Shown piece by piece: positions 60,729 to 64,000 of a stretch of 64,000 bases of DNA. The stretch's first letter is position 1; each line of letters opens with the position of its first letter. Origin of the DNA: Podarcis melisellensis (Eukaryota). The position numbers and the translations under genes are program-made. Under the pieces are notes generated by a model, which saw only the letters and a list, made by a program, of their open reading frames with translations, made no database searches and was not told the origin of the DNA. The stretch lies in the NCBI GenBank assembly GCA_964234715.1, contig OZ174280.1; one strand, given 5' to 3'.

Positions 60729-61954
60729 TGACCTCTGGCCTTGGGAGGGGAAAAAACGCAGCTGAGAGGAGACTTGACGTTTATACCGTTACGAGGCATG
60801 GTTTTGACTAACCTCATTGGACTCGTTTCACATGAAAACTTTACATTTCCAAAATGTAAGGTTGGCTCTGAAGTGGAAGAGAAATTAGCATGATGAATGA
60901 ACCTGCCATAACATTCAATAAAATGGAATAGTAGGAATGTTCGGCCTCCAAACACAGGAAGGAAGGTTTATACAGTAAACGGAGCCTTTTGAACCCTGTT
61001 GGTCTGAGCCAAGAAAAGAGTGTGCTCAGACAAAGGAGAGAGAGAAAGAGAGAGAGAGTTTATTTCCTTAACTGGAAGAACAGAAATCTTTGCAGCCAGA
61101 AACAAAGAAAGTGCCAGTTCCAGAAATAGACATTGCCACGAGGTTTCCATTTGTTGAGGCTTTTTTGTGGGTTGTTGGTTTTTTTTAAGAGGAAAAAAAA
61201 CCGTTCCTTTCACTTACAAATTGCTGTATGGGACCTGGGACAGTGCATCTCAAGATTTTTTAAATAAAGGATTATTTTTGTACTATTTATTGAACTCAAA
61301 ACATTCATGAACTCTGAGGGAGAGGAAGATAAAAAACAAAAGCATCAGATGCTCTCCATGAATGCAGTCTATGTTTTATTTGTGTTGGTGAAGTTGTGGT
61401 TCTTTTCAAGAAGACTTGCCACCCCTTTGAATGGGATATTCTCCTCCCCTTCCTGCTCCCCCACCACCATGCTATAAAGGGAAAATGAAGAAATTGTGAG
61501 CTGATTTGTTTACATGATTGAGGTTTGGTTTCCATGGTCATTTTGTACACTTTGAAGATGGTTTATAACACAGTATTTTTATATATAAATATATATTTTA
61601 ACGTGGGGAGGAGGGATATCAAGACTCCTGGCTAAAGCACTGAGGAATCCTCTCCCCAGACTCCATCCTGTTCATTCTCAGACCTGGGCAGGATTTGCTT
61701 CCATGCACAATGATAATGCAGTGTTTAAACACTATTCGTAACTGGTGGAATAGAAAACAATAATGGGTTGAATTCACTTGGTGACCTTATGTTTGTGGAA
61801 GGGATGGTGATTCAGTGGACATCTCTGGTTGGAGAAGGAAGAGGAGAAGCAATTTCTGCTAATCCCTCTCTCCCCCCCCCCGCCCTAGTGACCCCTGAAA
61901 TTAGCTCTAGTGTGTTGGGGAACCCTCTAGAACAGGGTATAGGATGGTGTTATA

Positions 61955-62333
61955 GGGACGTGGGTGCTGCTGTGGTCTAAACCACTGAGCCTCTTGGGCA
62001 TGCCGATTAGAAGGTCGCCGGTTTGAATCCCCGTGACAGGATGAGCTCCCGTTGCTCTGTTCTAGCTCCTGCCAACTTAGCAGTTCGAAAGCATGCCAGT
62101 GCAAGTAGATAAATAGGTACCACTCTGGCGGGAAGGTAAATAGCATTTCCGTGTGCTCTGGCTTCGTCACTGTGTTCCATTGCGCCAGAAGTGGTTCAGT
62201 CATACTGGCCACGTGACCCAGAAAGCTGTCTGTGGACAAACGCTGGCTCCCTTGGTCTGAAGTGAGATGAGTGCCGCAACCCCATAGTCGCCTTTGACTG
62301 GGCTTAACCACCCAGGGGTCCATTACCTTTACC
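61955..62333 (+). mobile_element. Sauria SINE in probable CACHD1 3' UTR
   Basis: gggacgtgggtg head, body similar to the other two copies, ACCTTTACC tail, flanking TATAGGATGGTGT/TATAAGATGGTGT. Confidence 0.9.
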
Positions 62334-62915
62334 TATAAGATGGTGTAAGGATGATTTGGTGGTGGTGGGATTCTATTGCGCCAGATGTCTGCTGGATCAA
62401 AAGCCCTTCCCTGAGTGTAAGGGCACCAGCTGTTTTCCAGCCCAATGGTCTGTTGTTTCTGACCCTTTTCACATTCACTAAATGGATAGGTCAACCCATG
62501 GGGAGGTAGATGGGAGGCTTTGTAAAGTTTTGGGCCATTGTGAAAGGTTTATTTTGGAACCCTAATGATGAGCCCCTTGTCACCTTTATCTGGAATTAAT
62601 ACTGCTTTAGTGATTAGCATCATCTGCTGGGTGCCACATGGGCCATCATAATTTTCAATTAGTTTTAAATCACAGCATTTTGTTCATTGTGATTCAAATA
62701 TTATGAAAACGTTCTTGCACTGTGCTTATGATAAACATCCATTTATATGTAGGGTTTTGGTTTGGTTTTTTACAAGATCTCTAGATATTGTTTTAATGAT
62801 AGGGTACCTAATACTTAATATGTAAAAAATGGTTCTTAAGCAGTATGGTAAAGTAAGGATGCTTGTGCTACCAGAATCCCCTTTATACTATGTATAAAAT
62901 TACAACCTCTAGTGG

Positions 62916-62921
62916 AATAAA
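62916..62921 (+). terminator. Candidate distal polyadenylation signal AATAAA
   Basis: ggAATAAActgtatata, TGTA about 25 nt upstream, GT/T-rich tract downstream. Confidence 0.6.
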
Positions 62922-64000
62922 CTGTATATAAAGTATGGGTCTGTGAGTTCACTTTGGAACAGTTCCTTTTGATATAACTGGACATAACTTTGTTTCAGCA
63001 AGTTCTCATTTCAGCTCAGAAGTAGATTGCGTAGAGTCTTCAAACATTAGGTCATTTCCCCCAACTGTGTCATCTTCATGTCTCACTTTCCAAACTCAAA
63101 ACTTCATGAAATACCGCTGTGGAGAGTGCATGTGGAAGGCACTGTTTTCTGATACATGTGGACTTTACAGGAATCCAGTAACACGGACTGACGTGGACTC
63201 TCCTTGCAAGGAGCGCAGCTGCAAATGCACAACAGAGGCACATGACAAAAGAGCTAACCTCTGTTGATGTTGCTCTCTGCTGTGGCTCTCCTGACACTGG
63301 TGTGTGTGTGTGAAAAAACAGCCTGGAAATGTATACCCTACACTTGTGCTGTATGCTGTATGCCATCCACAGTGATGGTTATGTGTATCTTTCAGACTTC
63401 AAACTCTGAAACAGGTATTGCAGTTGAGAAAGGTGAGAACAGTTAGAATTACTAAATCAGTCCTTTATTGAGTGGGCAGGCTAAGCCTCTTCATGGGCAG
63501 TTTTTCGATGGTGCATCAACAGAGAGTTTGAAATGACCTTACTCTTTTCTGTTACCGAGGGAAAGAGGGAACGCACATGGGCAGCTGCATTGCAATCTTA
63601 GGGTGTCCTGGGGGGGAAGGAGGGGGAGAAAGGGTACTCGGGAGCATAAGCCAAGGAAAAGAATAAATTTATACCGATGAATTGATGGGAAAGCCAGTGA
63701 ACTCGGAAAATCTGAAGCAGGTTGGGAAGGAGATGTACCAAGAATTAGGGTGAAAGTGTTCTGGCCAGCCTCTTAGGTTTAACAGCTCTGGTTCACCTGA
63801 TCCATCTGCTGCTCAGCTTTATACTTTTTACACATGTCCTCATCAATCCAAAAGCTACAGATTTTGATACGCACAGTATGCTCACTGCCACATGTGCAAA
63901 GCTTTCGTTACACCAACACACTTTAAAGTACTTCAGAACCCACAATTGGACAATATCATCTTTTTTTAACCAACCAGAATGTCACAGAAGTCCTTTGAGT

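Larger units (their letters stand above)
60729..62945 (+). other. CACHD1: Probable CACHD1 3' UTR (end approximate)
   Basis: Follows the stop codon. AU-rich blocks. AATAAA at 60917, 61263 and 62916; the last has upstream TGTA and downstream GT/T-rich sequence. Confidence 0.6.

Overview
Vertebrate genomic DNA, not prokaryotic. The repeat content (Sauria/Squam SINEs, BovB, CR1, L2, Penelope, hAT and Tc1/mariner MITEs) points to a squamate reptile, probably a lacertid lizard (inference). Nearly the whole window is the + strand gene CACHD1 (VWFA and cache domain-containing protein 1, an alpha2delta-like CaV channel modulator). I read 24 coding exons with GT-AG junctions and consistent phases, from the equivalent of human exon 3 (100-248) to the stop codon at 60726-60728, totalling 3382 nt. 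A 3' UTR follows, with a likely distal poly(A) signal at 62916. Exon numbering follows the human gene as recalled from memory. Exons 1-2 lie upstream of the window. The 182-nt exon 15 equivalent is absent and very probably lies inside the 212-N gap at 37070-37281. The introns hold many transposon relics with readable TIRs and TSDs. These include a three-layer nest (CR1 > hAT > hAT), a SINE with two secondary insertions, internally deleted LINEs of three clades, a 5S-rRNA-headed SINE-like copy and an old ~300-bp foldback. I found no convincing new biological system. Most ORFs in the supplied track are spurious intronic ORFs.
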